Of a stretch of 64,000 nucleotides of DNA, positions 13,001 through 25,783 are shown one piece after another (position 1 is the stretch's first letter; each line of letters begins with the position of its first letter). Source of the DNA: Cystobasidiomycetes sp. EMM_F5 (Eukaryota); assembly GCA_051047955.1 (NCBI GenBank), contig JBPGPT010000013.1:186001-250000 (forward strand). Direction: 5' to 3'. The notes under the pieces are model-generated. The model ran no database searches and was not told the DNA's origin. It saw only the letters and a list, made by a program, of their open reading frames with translations. A program made the position numbers and the translations under genes.

Positions 13001-14149
13001 GAAGTAGTGTTCTCAATCTTGACTGGTTTGGCAGCCGTATGGCCTTCTTCTCGAATGCCGAGTATATATCCTGCTCCCTCTGATGCTGTGTTTTTGACGA
13101 GCACGTACTCTTTGTTACGTTCACCGGCTATGCGATTAGGGGTCACGCTCTTTACGCGACTGAGCGAGTCTGTGATGGTCAGCAATTTCTGAGTCAGATC
13201 ATTCCGATGCGACAGGCCTAGTATTTGAGCTTTGCTAAAGTCGAGCGGGGTAGGGGCAGCTCGCATTGCTTCTACCTTGCGATGATTTGCTTGACGTGAC
13301 TTTATACGTAAATCACCGATTATTTCATACTTTGCCTCGGTAGGCAGACCGTGGAAAAAGTCGCTGTCCATGTCGAAGTCCTCGGGCCTCATGTCGTCAA
13401 TGAAGGATCTTAGCTCGGCTTCCGTTGCGAGTCGCGGGTCAGAAGGTCGAGCTCGACTCGACAAGGGCTCATCGATGACCGGTAATGCGTATTGATCTTT
13501 GTGTACGTATTTCCTCTTTTTCGAAGGAGACACTTCGTCGGCCGATGGCGCTGTATTCTTGGCGTTTGCAGGGGAAGATGAATTACCGCCTGTTCCTCTC
13601 CTGACAGGCGCACCGCGAGGCTGAATACCGTAATCTTCGTCGAGATAGTTTGCATTCTCGGCGTCGATAACGTCGCCGGTCTCCCTTCGCGCTGCTTCCT
13701 TTTGAGCTTGAGCGAGAGCAGCAGCGCGTAGCTGTGCGGCCAGCAGTTTCTCAGCAGTCTTCGCTGCCGTCTCCTTTGCGCCTCGCTTCCTATTCTTTCG
13801 GTTGCTGATTGCCAGCTTTTTGATGATTGGGGCACCTCCATCAAAGACGAATACGGGCTTTATACCGTAGAATAGCAGTTTGCATATCCGACGAAGGAAT
13901 CCCAGGATATGCGCGTTGTCCAGCGCACGACCGTCCTTGTCTCGCATAGCTATCTGAAACTGATACAGCCAGATGCTCGAGTCGATGGCCAGCCGCTTTC
14001 CGCCCATAGTCTCGAGAGCGACTGGCCTTGCGACCGGATGCAGGAGCGGCCACAAGCCTAGGTATCAAAGTATTTGATGCACATTTTCAGCATTTTGTAC
14101 ACCCAATCCAGCGAGAAAATGACCGTCACAACTCACCATGCACACCCAT
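10007..14149 (-). CDS. RAD2: XPG/Rad2 nucleotide-excision-repair endonuclease
   Basis: MGVHG|LWPLL..KRLAIDSSIWLYQF..KPVFVFDGG (XPG-N); long spacer; PYVIAPMEAEAQCA, DDNDVFLFG, LGSDYCDGLPGVGPV (XPG-I, H3TH). Confidence 0.95.
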
Positions 14150-14388
14150 GATGGCATGTCGACGCCGTCAGAGGTCGATGTAGGCAGTGAACAGGGTAGA
14201 ATGGTTTCCAGATATCCTAATTGTCAAGAGCCAACCCGGTCTTTACATTTCAGATTCGGCAACACTGTTGCTTTCCGACCTACAAGTCACAAAAACGCGA
14301 TTCTGTCAGGAATACTGCACGCAGGACCATCTGAACAGCGGGACATCGAGCAGCACTCGGAGCCCATACGCCGCCCTCAAAGCCCGCA

Positions 14389-14602
14389 ATGATCACGTAG
14401 GGTGCAGTTCAAGAAAACAGCTCGGACTGGTGACTTATATACGGTTTTCGCACTGTGTCTTTACAGCGACACCACCCTGACCACACTCGCCAACTCGCTC
14501 GGACTCCTCGCCGTCTTCCTCATCTTTGTCTACCAGTTTGTGGACGTCGTCGAGAAGCGGCAGCCTCTTGCAGCTGCGGCAGTTGGGGACAAGACGCAGT
14601 AA
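14389..14602 (+). CDS. OST4: Oligosaccharyltransferase small subunit OST4
   Basis: ATGATCAC|intron|C GAC gives MITDTTLTTLANSLGLLAVFLIFVYQFV, matching the Ost4 MIxD..L..LAN.LG pattern with one TM helix. Confidence 0.85.
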
Positions 14603-15060
14603 AAGGATACGGACAGCGTAGTGAGTAAACTCTGCCAGACCGCCCAGTGTCTTCTGATCCATCATCTCCAGAAATGCGCGTAAAGATTGTGAAGGAGCCG
14701 GCGCAGTTGCAATTGTGCAAATAGCGATATCGCCAACCGCCTACAGCAAAGGCACAAACGCAAGGTATACCGATTTCTACGGCTGCGCTGCTCGTATTCA
14801 TGGCTCTGCAAGCAATCGTGCTGCTGCTTTAAGCCGAGTAACGTCAAGCCAAAAGATCTCTTCGAAAGGCAAACGAAGCTCAGCGCAGCTCAGCTCAGCT
14901 CCGAGCGTATTATACGAAGACGGGATCTGGTCTTGGTCGTAGTCATGCTGTATCGCGATTCCTTTCGTGTCGTTGTCAATCAAGCCATAATGCAGCATCA
15001 AACAATTTAAAGAAACGTCTTTCTTGTTTCGTCCAATTACTTGTACAACCGTCTGCACGA

Positions 15061-16494
15061 ATGCCGCCAAAGAAGAAAGAGGCTCCCGGGCCAAAGAAGC
15101 CTGCTGTCGACAAGGTGGGGCGGCCGTGGGTATGGATTGTCGACGCCGTCATGAGCTGACGGTGTGGAAATTACGATGGCAGACCTTTGGATTGAAGAAT
15201 GTACGTGATGCGATTCGACGGAGACTGGGACGCACAGCGATACGATGGATGCGTCTCCTCGCTTTCGCGCTGCAATTCTGACTTGAAATGACTGTCATTG
15301 ACGATACTGACTGGACCGTCCTTGGATCAACAGAAAAAAGGAAAGGTCGGGCAGGCTGCCGTTGAGCAAGCGCAGAGGGAAGCGGCACAGAAGGGCAGAT
15401 CCGATGAAGCCAAACGGAAAGAGCGTGAGAAGGAGGCGCTGAGAGCAAAGAAGGACGGCGAATCTGCGAAAAAAGCATTGGAAGCGGATCTCTTCAAGCC
15501 GGCTCAGATACCGCAAAAGGTGCACTTATATTACATTTGCAATCACATTCTTCCATTGCTGACTGCGTAAGGTTTCTGGCCTATTATTTGCAAACACTTC
15601 AGGCCCCCTTTGGCGCAGACCCGAAAACGATATTGTGTGTAAACTTCAAGAATGGATACTGCGAACGGGGTAGCAAGTGCAAGTTTGCGCACGATCTCGA
15701 AGTAGGGAGGAAGGTCGACAAGAAGGATTTGTACACCGACAGTCGAGACGAGCAGAAGGACAAAGAGGACACAATGGAGAACTGGACAGAGGAGCGCTTG
15801 AGGGAGGTCGTCATGGCTAAAATGGGAACAGACGACCCAGAAGCGGAGAGCACAAAGGGCAAACAGACGCAAGACAGGTATGATATCGTCTGCAAACACT
15901 TTATCGATGCCATCGAATCGTCGAAATAGTAGGTCGACGATACGTTCTTGCAAGGTGGAACGCAACAAACATCTAACTGATATGATACCGCTCTTTTACA
16001 GCGGCTGGTTCTGGGAATGTCCAAACGGAGCGACGACATGCAAGTACCGACATGCGTTACCGCCGGGCTTTGTCCTCAAATCACAGCGCAAAAAGGACGA
16101 AGAGGCAGACAAGGCCAAGGAAATTTCCATGGAAGAGTTCTTGGAGGTGGAGCGAATGAAGCTGTCAAAAGACAAGCTGACACCCGTAACGGCGGAATCG
16201 TTTGCGGAATGGAAGAAGAATCGGCAGAACAAGAAGGAGGCCGAGGCGGATGCTGTGCGGAAAACAAAAGAGCTGCAAGCGCAGGCGGGCAAGATTTCTG
16301 GAATGTCGGGTCGAGACCTGTTTACGTACAATCCGCTCATCACAGAAGGAGACGACGAGGACGATGGGGAGGACGAGGAGTGGGATCTCGACGAGTACCG
16401 AAGGAAAGCGATGGAAGAGCGAGACGAAGCAGAGAGAGAACGAATGCGGATCGTGCAAGAGGGGGTCGGCGGAGTTTCGCTGAATGGCAGCTGA
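15061..16494 (+). CDS. TMA46: Tma46/ZC3H15 (DFRP1) tandem CCCH zinc-finger protein
   Basis: MPPKK..DK|TFGLKN|KKG; PFGADPKTILC..C.RG.KCKFAH; CKHFIDAIE..GWFWECPNG..CKYRHALP; LTPVTAESFAEWKK. Confidence 0.93.
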
Positions 16495-16739
16495 CATGGC
16501 TTCCCCACTTTCTTGTCGTTCGGTTACATTCAGCAAACCAATTTCGCCAATACGCATCCGCAGTGCAACGCAGTGTGTTGTGTAGCATACAATAGTACTC
16601 GAGTAATGCATCTCCGCTATGATGAACCTTGGTGATTGAGTGGCCGGTTAGCCTCACGACGACACGTTGACGACACGTCGGCGGGGAGTGTGCTGGCCAT
16701 TCTCCCCAAGCTGTGCCTGCACGCTGCTCATCTTGCACC

Positions 16740-17464
16740 ATGACTGGCACATCACTGCCCCTCGAGCTGGTCCTCGCCGTCGCTGAGCACCTCGACCAGC
16801 ATGAACTCGCCAGCTTTGTCCGGACTTGCAGGGCTTTCCATGGAGTGGCAGAGCCACTTCTGTACAAGCACATGCGCATACCCATCGATACGGACGCGGA
16901 AGCTCTGCTGGCCGTCTTGGGTGCCCGTGGTGCTGCGATCCCATCAAGCCATCCGTTGATTCGATACGCCGCAACGGTGCAATCAGTGGACTTCACAGAC
17001 TCGCAAGACTCGGGAGTCTGGTATTTGAAGTCCGACGATAAGATGACCCCTCACGCTCGCCGAGAATATCGCTTCATGCATCTCTTCTTCGGATCGCTCC
17101 ACCTCTTCACAAATATGCACTCTATGTACCTACCAGGGAGCGAATCCACCTATCACAATGGTTCAATGACAAGTTCAATGTGGGTTGCCCTGACGCGACT
17201 GCCAAACCTGTAAGTAGCTGTCGCTTTCACGCCTGCAACTCGCTTCTCATGCTGGTAGTGTGAAAACCAAGGCAAAGCATATATCTCACATCGCTGGCTG
17301 TCCTCGGCCATGCGCGGCGGGTGAAAGCAGTACGTCATCATCTTCATGCGTGCAGGCATACCTAAAATTCAGTGCCCGGCCAGGTGAGGGAATTTGCGGA
17401 GCGTAAGGAATTGTATTGGAAGATGGACCCCAAGGAGGAAGGGTACCGGCGCTTCTCTGGATAG
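16740..17464 (+). CDS. F-box-like protein; 3' exons uncertain
   Basis: SLPLELVLAVAEHLDQHELASFVRTCRAFHGVAEPLLY is a fungal F-box-like motif; donor GTAAGT near 17210. Confidence 0.6.
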
Positions 17465-17976
17465 AATTTGCGCAAATGAAGACGTCCAAAATAAGATACC
17501 GTAACACGGAGCTACATATAATAATAAGGCTAGTCCTCACCATAATTTTTAAGCCGGCGGATCCTACGTGGTCTATCATACTGCAAGCGATAGCAGAAGT
17601 CAATATAGCTCAAAGCCTGCTTTTTCATAGTCATCTCACATCTACTCTAGTTTCCGCTGTTTGGATTCATATGCATACAGAAGACGGCCCCGCAATTTGA
17701 CGGCTGGCCCTTTGAATGACGACCTCAAACCTCTGTTCTCACATTCCGAGCCATGCAATCGCAAGTCTATGGAGGCAAGGTCTGGCGCGGCAAGAGCTGC
17801 TCGCGTTGTGTAGGAAAAAGCGCGCGCTGCTGTCCAAGTGCGGGCCGAAGATATTATGGAAAGTGCGACTATTGCGTTCGTCAGAAGAGGTCGGGTGTCA
17901 TTAATGAGTGTGACAGTGAGGTCGTGCATTCTACTTGCGCCGTTTGATGCTGATGGCGTGAATAGGCGACTGGTCC

Positions 17977-18551
17977 ATGACGGGGGCAGTCAGCCTGCTG
18001 GCGGACGGCGAAGACATCAAGGTGGAGAATGAGGTCTGTGACGCGCACAAAATGTACAAACCTTCCACATCCATGTCTCATTCAAACCTCTTCATGTCTC
18101 ATTCAGCAAGACGAGCGCGAGGTAATCTCTGTGCCCGCAACGCCCGAACCGCAGGACGCACCAGTCTCAGGACATCGCGCAGAAGATGGTCCGCGTGAGC
18201 TTCAAAGCGCATTGATGGCAGTGAAGGCAGCTAACAGTAAAACAGGCTCGGTTTTTGCAGCGCAAGATCTTACCGGCTGGACCGGTCGAGCGAAACGACA
18301 TCATGGCGGAGATTGTCGGGCACCAGGGCGTTTCAGACTCATGCAGAGCTGCAGAGAACTGGATATACAACGAGATCGCCTCCGCTTTCCATGCTGCAAT
18401 GACGTCTGGACGGCTTAGATCCGCAGCCGACTACGAAAGACTGCAAGCCCTGGGTCAACGGATACAGGCAGCTTTCGATGAAGGGAATGATATGCCGCAG
18501 CAGGATTTAGTTAACGCGTGGATAGACTCGAACAGCAAGTTGCGCGACTAA
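17977..18551 (+). CDS. Small hypothetical protein (spliced; model uncertain)
   Basis: Three consecutive ORF pieces joined by plausible GT-AG introns; no recognised domain. Confidence 0.35.
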
Positions 18552-18664
18552 ACGACCGTCTGTAGACCTATCGAACTTGCCAAAGTGTATCTATATATGT
18601 TCGTTGATTCTTGCGATGCTGCGCACGGCGGTCAAACACGTCGCTACTACGGCGCTACAACACT

Positions 18665-20768
18665 TCAATCAGAGTCGACCTCTTCATCTCGCTTCTCCGC
18701 AGCTGCCGCCAAAACCCATTGCACAGCGAGCCGTTGCAGCATATCCTGCCAGCCAAACTCTTTACGTGCGATAATTTTGAGGTCGATAGACGCATCCTGC
18801 GGGACGAGGTATCGTAATCTGATCGCTGCAGCAAACAAACGTAAATTCTCAAAGCGTCGAACTAGTTAAAGTAGTGTCAGCACGACAGGCGAGTGTTGTT
18901 ACGCTAGATTGCTTACATGTCAGTCCGACTACTGTGGGATCTTGACTAGTGCCGTCGCCCTGATCGGAGAGAGTGTCGGACGTACTGCGCGACATCGCAT
19001 GCGATACCGGCGGATGCAAAGACTCCCTGCCCGCGGGCGTCGCAGGAGTTAGCGCCGGAGTCGCGGTACCTGATGCCGTTGAGCTATCAGTCCTTCTCTG
19101 TTTCGCTAGACCGGCCACATCGTGTATGCTGCTCGCAGGTATGAAGGCCCACGGCCTTTGGGACTTGCTCAATACAGTGTTGTATCCCGCGCACAATAAA
19201 TGACCGTCGGCCAATGAGGCAAGAAGCCCGCCGCGATCTCCGTTTGAGCTGGATTGATTTTCGACCATTGAAGCTGAATATCCACCTAGTCGCATACCCA
19301 ATTCAGGTGGCAAATGCACAGCGAGGCAAGTGTGTAAACGCCCTATCGTTGGATGCGATCAGTGATCTGCCTTCTGCAAACTGCCATTGACGCATCGCTC
19401 ACCAACAGGATCAGTCGCATACGCTTCCTGTCTAGCCCAAAGCGGCACAGCTTGATTACGCTCACCGGAGCTGCTCATCATCGGTGTTTTGCCCCCCTTG
19501 CGCGTTTCAGCCAGCAAGCTATCGACCGTCTCAATCCAATCTTGCACGACTTTGGCTTCTTTAGCCAAATCGGCTAATGTTACATGATCACTGTATAGAT
19601 GACCATTCGAGCTATCGTATGTGCTGCTACTAGTCGACGAAGGCTGATCCGAGTAATCGTCCGTAATGTTGACTGAGGAACTGCGACCTTCTCGCTCACG
19701 ACCCATGCTGACACTCTCGAAGTCATTGCCAAGACCGTCAACCGACGGATCTGGTGTACTTATCCGATATCTCAAATCGATGTCCTTCAAGGCGCCCAAA
19801 GCTGCCATACTAGCTTTTCGCAGCTGCTGAAAAGGTTCCTTGTTCGTGCTGCGCTTGGCGGGAGACGTCGAAATGGACGTGGGGATGAGACGAGATGTAG
19901 AGGGTGATGGAGCCATAGAAGCATGTTTTGGAATGGGACGAGAAGCTGTGACGAGGCCCAGGGTGCTCGGACGAACAGTACTGCTGTCAGATGCCACTTG
20001 AATTTGAGCACCGGGTGGAAGTCTGTCTTGTGGTAAGGAATGGAAATATCGCTGTGCTATGCGGATAGCATTTGCGGTGCTATGCAGTAGGTCGAGCACC
20101 ATATTATCGATGCTTTCGCCAGGCGGGGCAGGCGAAGACGTTCTTTTGACTGCACTGTCAGCTGCGATTCCCGACATGCGAGAGTAAGCAGGGCGGGTGG
20201 AAGTACTCCCAGAGTCCACTATACCCCATTTCTCGCACACATTTGCCAATTCGGCGTATACTTCGTTCCGGCGCGTTCGCAAGGACGGCATTTCCAGGCT
20301 AGCCGACGTGCTGTATGCCTGTGCAGAGTTGGTCGCAAGCGGAGGCGACGGTCTGCCAGGAGAATACGTATGATGAGCGGCCAACCTGGTCACTGTCCAC
20401 ATTTGCGGGACTCACGGTGGCGAAACTGCATCATCTTCGTCGTTTTCGAGAGCTGGATGCAAAGCGCGCGGGATGGCCAGCGGAAACGAACGGCCGTCTG
20501 GGCCCATCAGCGGACTGCGTAAAGAGTGCAATATCAGCGTTTCCAGTCGTTCCCACAGACCGTTTGGGTGTTCGAGTATCCCTCACGTTGCGGCTGCTGT
20601 GCCATCACGCGCAAATTTGTGCTGAAGATGCTTGATTGAACCCAAGGTCATCACAGACTGGCGTTTCAAGGCCGACGTCGAGAGTTGTCGTCCACTGCTG
20701 CCAGCGTACGCCTTGCGACGTGGTCGGGTCAGCCCATCGTCACCATCGCTTGACGCTTCGACGACCAT
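18665..20768 (-). CDS. Fungal protein of unknown function with C-terminal calponin-homology-like region
   Basis: N-terminal KRQSVMTLGSIKHLQHKF; long S/P-rich ORF; C-terminal LADGHLLCAGYNTVL...T|FRRFENLRLFAAAIRLRY; canonical introns. Confidence 0.7.
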
Positions 20769-22672
20769 GACCAGTCAGTCCAAGCAGCCTCAGCAGCACG
20801 ACCAGCCAGCACTGCGATCCAAGGTCGTGATTCGAGGTGCTCCGCCGACTCTGCCAGAGGATATCCTGTGGACGAGCCTCGAGCCGGTGGTCAAGCTCGA
20901 CACCGATATCGACTGGCGAAGCGTGAGTCTGCGAATGGAAGATTGCCGGGCTGATTTGCTGATTCAGATGGCTGACATGACTGCTGATGGCATGGATCTT
21001 GGACTGATTGACCCCGGCTGACTGACGCGGAATGCAATGCTGGCAGTTCCAACAAGGGCGATCAAAGGTCATAGGGTAAGTGCTGCCAAAATTGCAAGAG
21101 TGAGCAGCGCATGGCCCAGTCTTGGAGGCTGACGTCGCGCCCATCCCTCTGGCCCCCTCCAGCAATCAGACCAAAGAAAGCGTCGATTCTGTCGCATACC
21201 TCCACTTTAAGCGGCCAGAACAGATTATCGGATTCGCTCAAGCCTACAACGGGCACGTCTTCCGGGACAAGCAGGGTAATGGCATCTCACCTCGCAGGTG
21301 TAAAAGTACGCTGAAATTCCCGCAACCAGGCAAGCAGACACAGGTCACGGTAGCATACGCCCCGTTTCAAAAGATTCCTATAAAGCGTCAACGACCGGAT
21401 CCTCTTGCCGGAACTATCGAAGAAGGTAGGTAGAATGTGACAGGCGTATTCTTCAAACTAACTAAACAACCCGAAAGACCCAATCTATAAAGCCTTTGTG
21501 GCAAGCCTTACGGAGCCAGAAGCTAAGCCACCGTTGGACGTGATTCCTGCCAGTAAGTTAATCGTGTCTATTAAAAAGTCTTCATCTAATTGCGTAACAC
21601 TCGCTCATGCGCGACGTTAGTCCCGAAAGCGGTGAACAAGTCTACACCGCTGTTAGATGCTCTGCGCCAGCAAAAGCAGGCAGCGGCGGAAGCTCAAGCA
21701 GAGCGCAAACGAGAAGCCAAAAAGTCCGCGAATAAGAAGACCGAGACTCCCGTTGAGCCGACCAAGGCCAGCAACAAGAAGGTAGCGCCGTCTTTGGTTA
21801 CAACTGGAAAGCCAGAGTCATCTGTTCCGCTCCTCGGACAGGTCGGCCAGTCCAAGCATGTGCCATCAGATCCTTCGAATACAGCAACACGACCGCTGCC
21901 TCTGCAAACATCGACAACGCCTGCGTCGCCTGCAGCGGGAAAGGAATTGCCTCCCGCAGGCAAGGGCAAGGGCAAATCGAAGGCAACAAAGTCGCACAGC
22001 GGCCCTGCCAGCCAAGGTGTACTGACAGGAGATACTCAGGTTGTAGTCGCACCTCGCAATGATGCTATCCCTGCCAAGCAGAAACCGCCGAAACAAGCCA
22101 ATTCAACAGCGGCCACGGCCAGCGTATCAGGCTCGACCAACAATACAAACAGCGGGAACGCTGAAATCAAGAGCGCTGGAACAGCCGCGCATTCCTCTCA
22201 ACCCAGAAAACCTGTGGATCCGTTTGCTTCATTCATAAACTCCGCCGCAAAGCAAATGATGACGACCGGCAAGACCGTTGCCGTCGAAAAGCCTAACCCG
22301 GCAAAGACTACAGCGAGCTCCACTTCTGAAAACACCAAGCCCGCTCAAGGGTCTGCTGCTACATCTGCACTTGTTTCTCCCGCCTCCGCCACATTACAGA
22401 TCGGACAAAGCTCCAGAGGAAAAGCCGGACGTGGAGGTTCCTCACTAGCTCGAGGAGGTACTCGGGCGGTAAGCTCTGCACAGAAGAATGCGCCACCCGA
22501 CAGCAGTGCGCAGTCCACAATACCTGCTTCACCGATGCATCCGATGACTGCGGAGTCAGCTCGAGGTGGGCGTGGAGGTATAGCGCTACGCGGCAGAGGC
22601 AGAGGAAGAGGCGGTCCACCATTTCGCGAGGGGCAGGCGGATCCACCTCAAAATATACCGCCTGCGACTTGA
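20767..22672 (+). CDS. UPF3: Nonsense-mediated decay factor Upf3 (Smg-4/UPF3 RRM)
   Basis: KVVIRGAPPTLPE; AYLHFK..F...YNGHVFRDKQG; VAYAPFQKIP..DPLAGTIEE|DP.YKAF; RGG-rich tail. Confidence 0.9.
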
Positions 22673-22696
22673 GGCAAGCTATGTGCTAACGACTGG

Positions 22697-25628
22697 TCAG
22701 AAGACAATTCGTGCGATGTGCTCATCTTTCCGCTTGGTCGGCTGGATGTAGCCTATGAAAGCGAGATCGCCAAGTGCACTGACAAAGCGTGCTTCGCGGT
22801 GCCTCAGGGTGTGCTCTACATGGTCTTCTTCCTCATCGGACGGAGTATCCTCGTCCTCACTAGCATCGACTCTCTTCTTCGCCGATCGTTTCGCTAACCG
22901 CGCAGTCTTGCCACGCTTCTGTGGAGCTCGACTTGTCTTCGATGTATGTGTTGGAGCAACATCGGTGGTACCAATTTTGTTGGCAGATGCGATGGTCCAG
23001 GCATCATACCAGTCCGAAAGGTTGACCATTTTCCCCGCTTCGGCCAGCAGGCGATACATATGGCACATATCGATATCTCCAAATTCAAGCTTCGGTTCCT
23101 CATCGAGTGCATGCCTCGGAATGCGACTCGTTGGCGTTCTAAGCGCAGCCTGCAGATGGGTAGTAGTTGGTGGATGGAAGGCCTGGTAACGCAATTGCAA
23201 GTAAATGCATCAGCGGTGGTCAATGTAGTAGTTGTCTGCGCGTACGCTGTAGATGCTGCGCTCGAAATCAAATTGCCAGATCTCGTGAAAGATCGTGTCT
23301 GACGGAGGGCGAAATGCTTCCCTGCTCGACCGTTCAGGAAATTAGACGACTGCTGCACGTAAGACATGGTATACGGCTTACATGAAGTAAGCCGACAATG
23401 CCGCGCTTATTTCTCCCATTAATGCAGTAAAGTCTCGGTCTCCAGACGATTGCGGCTGAGAGCCCAGGATATGACCATTAACGAAATTACTGCGCCCGCT
23501 CTGGCGCTCCGCTGTTTCACGAATCTGCTGCATTCGAGCGGCGTACGCTTTGATGTTGCAAGGAACAGATTCTTGAGCCGACTCGTATGCAGTACAGGTT
23601 GCATCCAGAAAAGCGGAACACTTATCCTCTGTCGTACGCCTATGGATTTGATTAGCCCGGATTCCTCCGCTGTGTGCCGCATGACTGACCTGACATTGTC
23701 ACAAGCTTTCCTGGTATGCCTCAGTAACTGTCCCTTGATATAGTACCGTAGCATATGCCTATCATCCATAGCGCTGGTCATTTGCAGATCCTGCAGGATT
23801 GTAAACAGCTTACGCCCATCACGAAAGCTTCGAAGACGTGATGAACGTTCCAGACGAGCTCCGCGGACCGCTTGGAGCAAGCTTGCATCACTGCTCAGCA
23901 TATTTGCTGCAGCTTTTCTGCGGCCGTTGCGTGACGGGCTGCTTTCACTGGTTTCGGCTATCTGGCGGATATGTTGCCTAAAGGACGGCAAAACGCGTAG
24001 CATGGGGGCCTGTGTGAGAAGGAAAGCTTCCACGCTGGCAAATTCATTGTCATCGAGATTCAAGTCTTGTACAGGCACGGTATAGATGGACATGGGATTG
24101 CTCATGAAGTGCGACAGGTACAAATGCTTCGCAGGAATCAGCTTGCAGAAGCGTCGAACAATAGCGACAACGTACTTGCAGCTTGGAGACGACAGCATCC
24201 GTTGAGAAGTCGGAACAGCGGAAGGAGGACCGGATGGTAGACAATGCCCTTCGTCCCGGCGACAAAGCCTGGTGTTCGCTGCCAAAGAATGTCTGATGGA
24301 GAATAATCAGACAGTCTCGGTACGACTGCTGAGCTTTTCTTACTGACACCCTGAATAAGATTATCGAATGCAACATCGTTCTGAGCCAGCTGGAAAACAA
24401 CGGTGCGCAATAGCTCGGAGCTGGATCGTGACAGAAGGGTATGCACAGCTTCTACGGAAGTTGCGATCGCAAAAAGCAAGACGAATGGCAGGCAATGTCG
24501 ATGTCGGCTGTATTGGAGAATCCCGCGCGTCTCAGCTTCGCCTCTGCACAGCCATGTAGTAGACGAACCTCATTACGTAGAGTAGATCTGACAAGGCCGC
24601 CGGATCGAATGCTTCGAAATCTTGGAGGTACACTACGAGCCGGGGCCGTTTCGTAGGTTCTATTGGTAGTGTCAGCTGCGATGGACTCCCCTTATATGTA
24701 CTCACGCACCCAGTTTATCGAATCGAGCATTGTACCATGCTTGAAGGCTGTCCATGTCGTCTGACGCCATCAACGAAAGTTTACGATTCGCCTTTTTCGG
24801 CTTGAATTTGGGTGAATTGTCAGAAGTTGCATATCATGTAGTAAAGTGAAAGTCCGTCTAACCGTTTCGAAGTTGTCTCGTTCATTACCTGCCCGGATAA
24901 GCGCTTGTATGATACTGCGACATGCTGCTTTCTTGTTTGGGCAGTCGGTGCTCGTCAGCGATGCCAAGATGATGCCAGACGAAGGACTGTCTCGGTCCTC
25001 GGGTTGTGTGGAGTGTGAAAACCTTTCTTGCAGGGGCCCCAACAAGGATTGACTGGATCCTATAGCGAAGTTGCTTGAGTGCTAGTCAACGATATACCGA
25101 TGCCACGATTTCCAGTCACCTATGACGAGGCCGGTAGGTAGGCCTTTATCATATTGCTTGGAGGCAGCCGCTGTCGCCGAACTACGGACGAAGCTTTCTA
25201 TATGCTTGATTGTGTCATCGTATGTCCTCTGCAACACTGCCTGGAAACGAGTGGTTTGGGGGTGCGGTTAGCTTCGCACAGTCAGCTGGAGGTGTCCAGG
25301 GAATATCGGCTTGCTTGGAGTGTCCGTTCGCATTTCGACCACGCGTATCGATAGGCTCGTGTCCGCAACGCAGCCAACTCCGGGGAGCTCTCGGCGTAGG
25401 GAATGGGTGGGAGTCCGAATACCTGAATGCGAGTATCTTCATCTGCGCTGCCATCATCGCTGTCGTTTTCGTCGCTCGAGTCGCTCAGTACAGACACAGC
25501 CTGAAAGAGCACGGAAAGAACGAGGAATACGACCAGCGAGTCAGGCTTCCGAGCGTGCAGACCATATCTCTGCGGTCATGCTGACTGCTGACCTGCGCCT
25601 TTGCTGCATATTCCGCTGCCCAAGTCAT
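22697..25628 (-). CDS. ORC3: Origin recognition complex subunit 3; start approximate
   Basis: RAYRYAWSKC; LTSTDCPNKKAACRSII; HFMSNPMS; C-terminal winged helix DMCHMYRLLAEAGKMVNLSDWYDAW..ARFVSALGDLAFIGYIQPTKRKDEHI. Confidence 0.88.
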
Positions 25629-25783
25629 GTTCCTTGTACGCGCATACTATCTTGCCGTCATTTGGCAAAGAGCAAACTTCAATTTGCACCTTGCTTCTGC
25701 TCCAATCTGCGGCACTTTGACATGTCGGATCCATAACATGACACTGACACACACTCCCTCTCAACCTGCCCACGTCTGTCCAG

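Noticed and set aside
14878..14902. (CTCAG)n-like short repeat upstream of TMA46
   Set aside because: Short imperfect microsatellite with no further support
8251..16611. Many 60-220 aa antisense or alternative-frame ORFs over coronin, RAD2 and TMA46
   Set aside because: Shadow ORFs expected in GC-rich coding DNA; no motifs
17416..17700. AT-richer patch with a 94-aa ORF downstream of the F-box gene
   Set aside because: Non-ATG start and no homology cue; likely UTR or intergenic sequence
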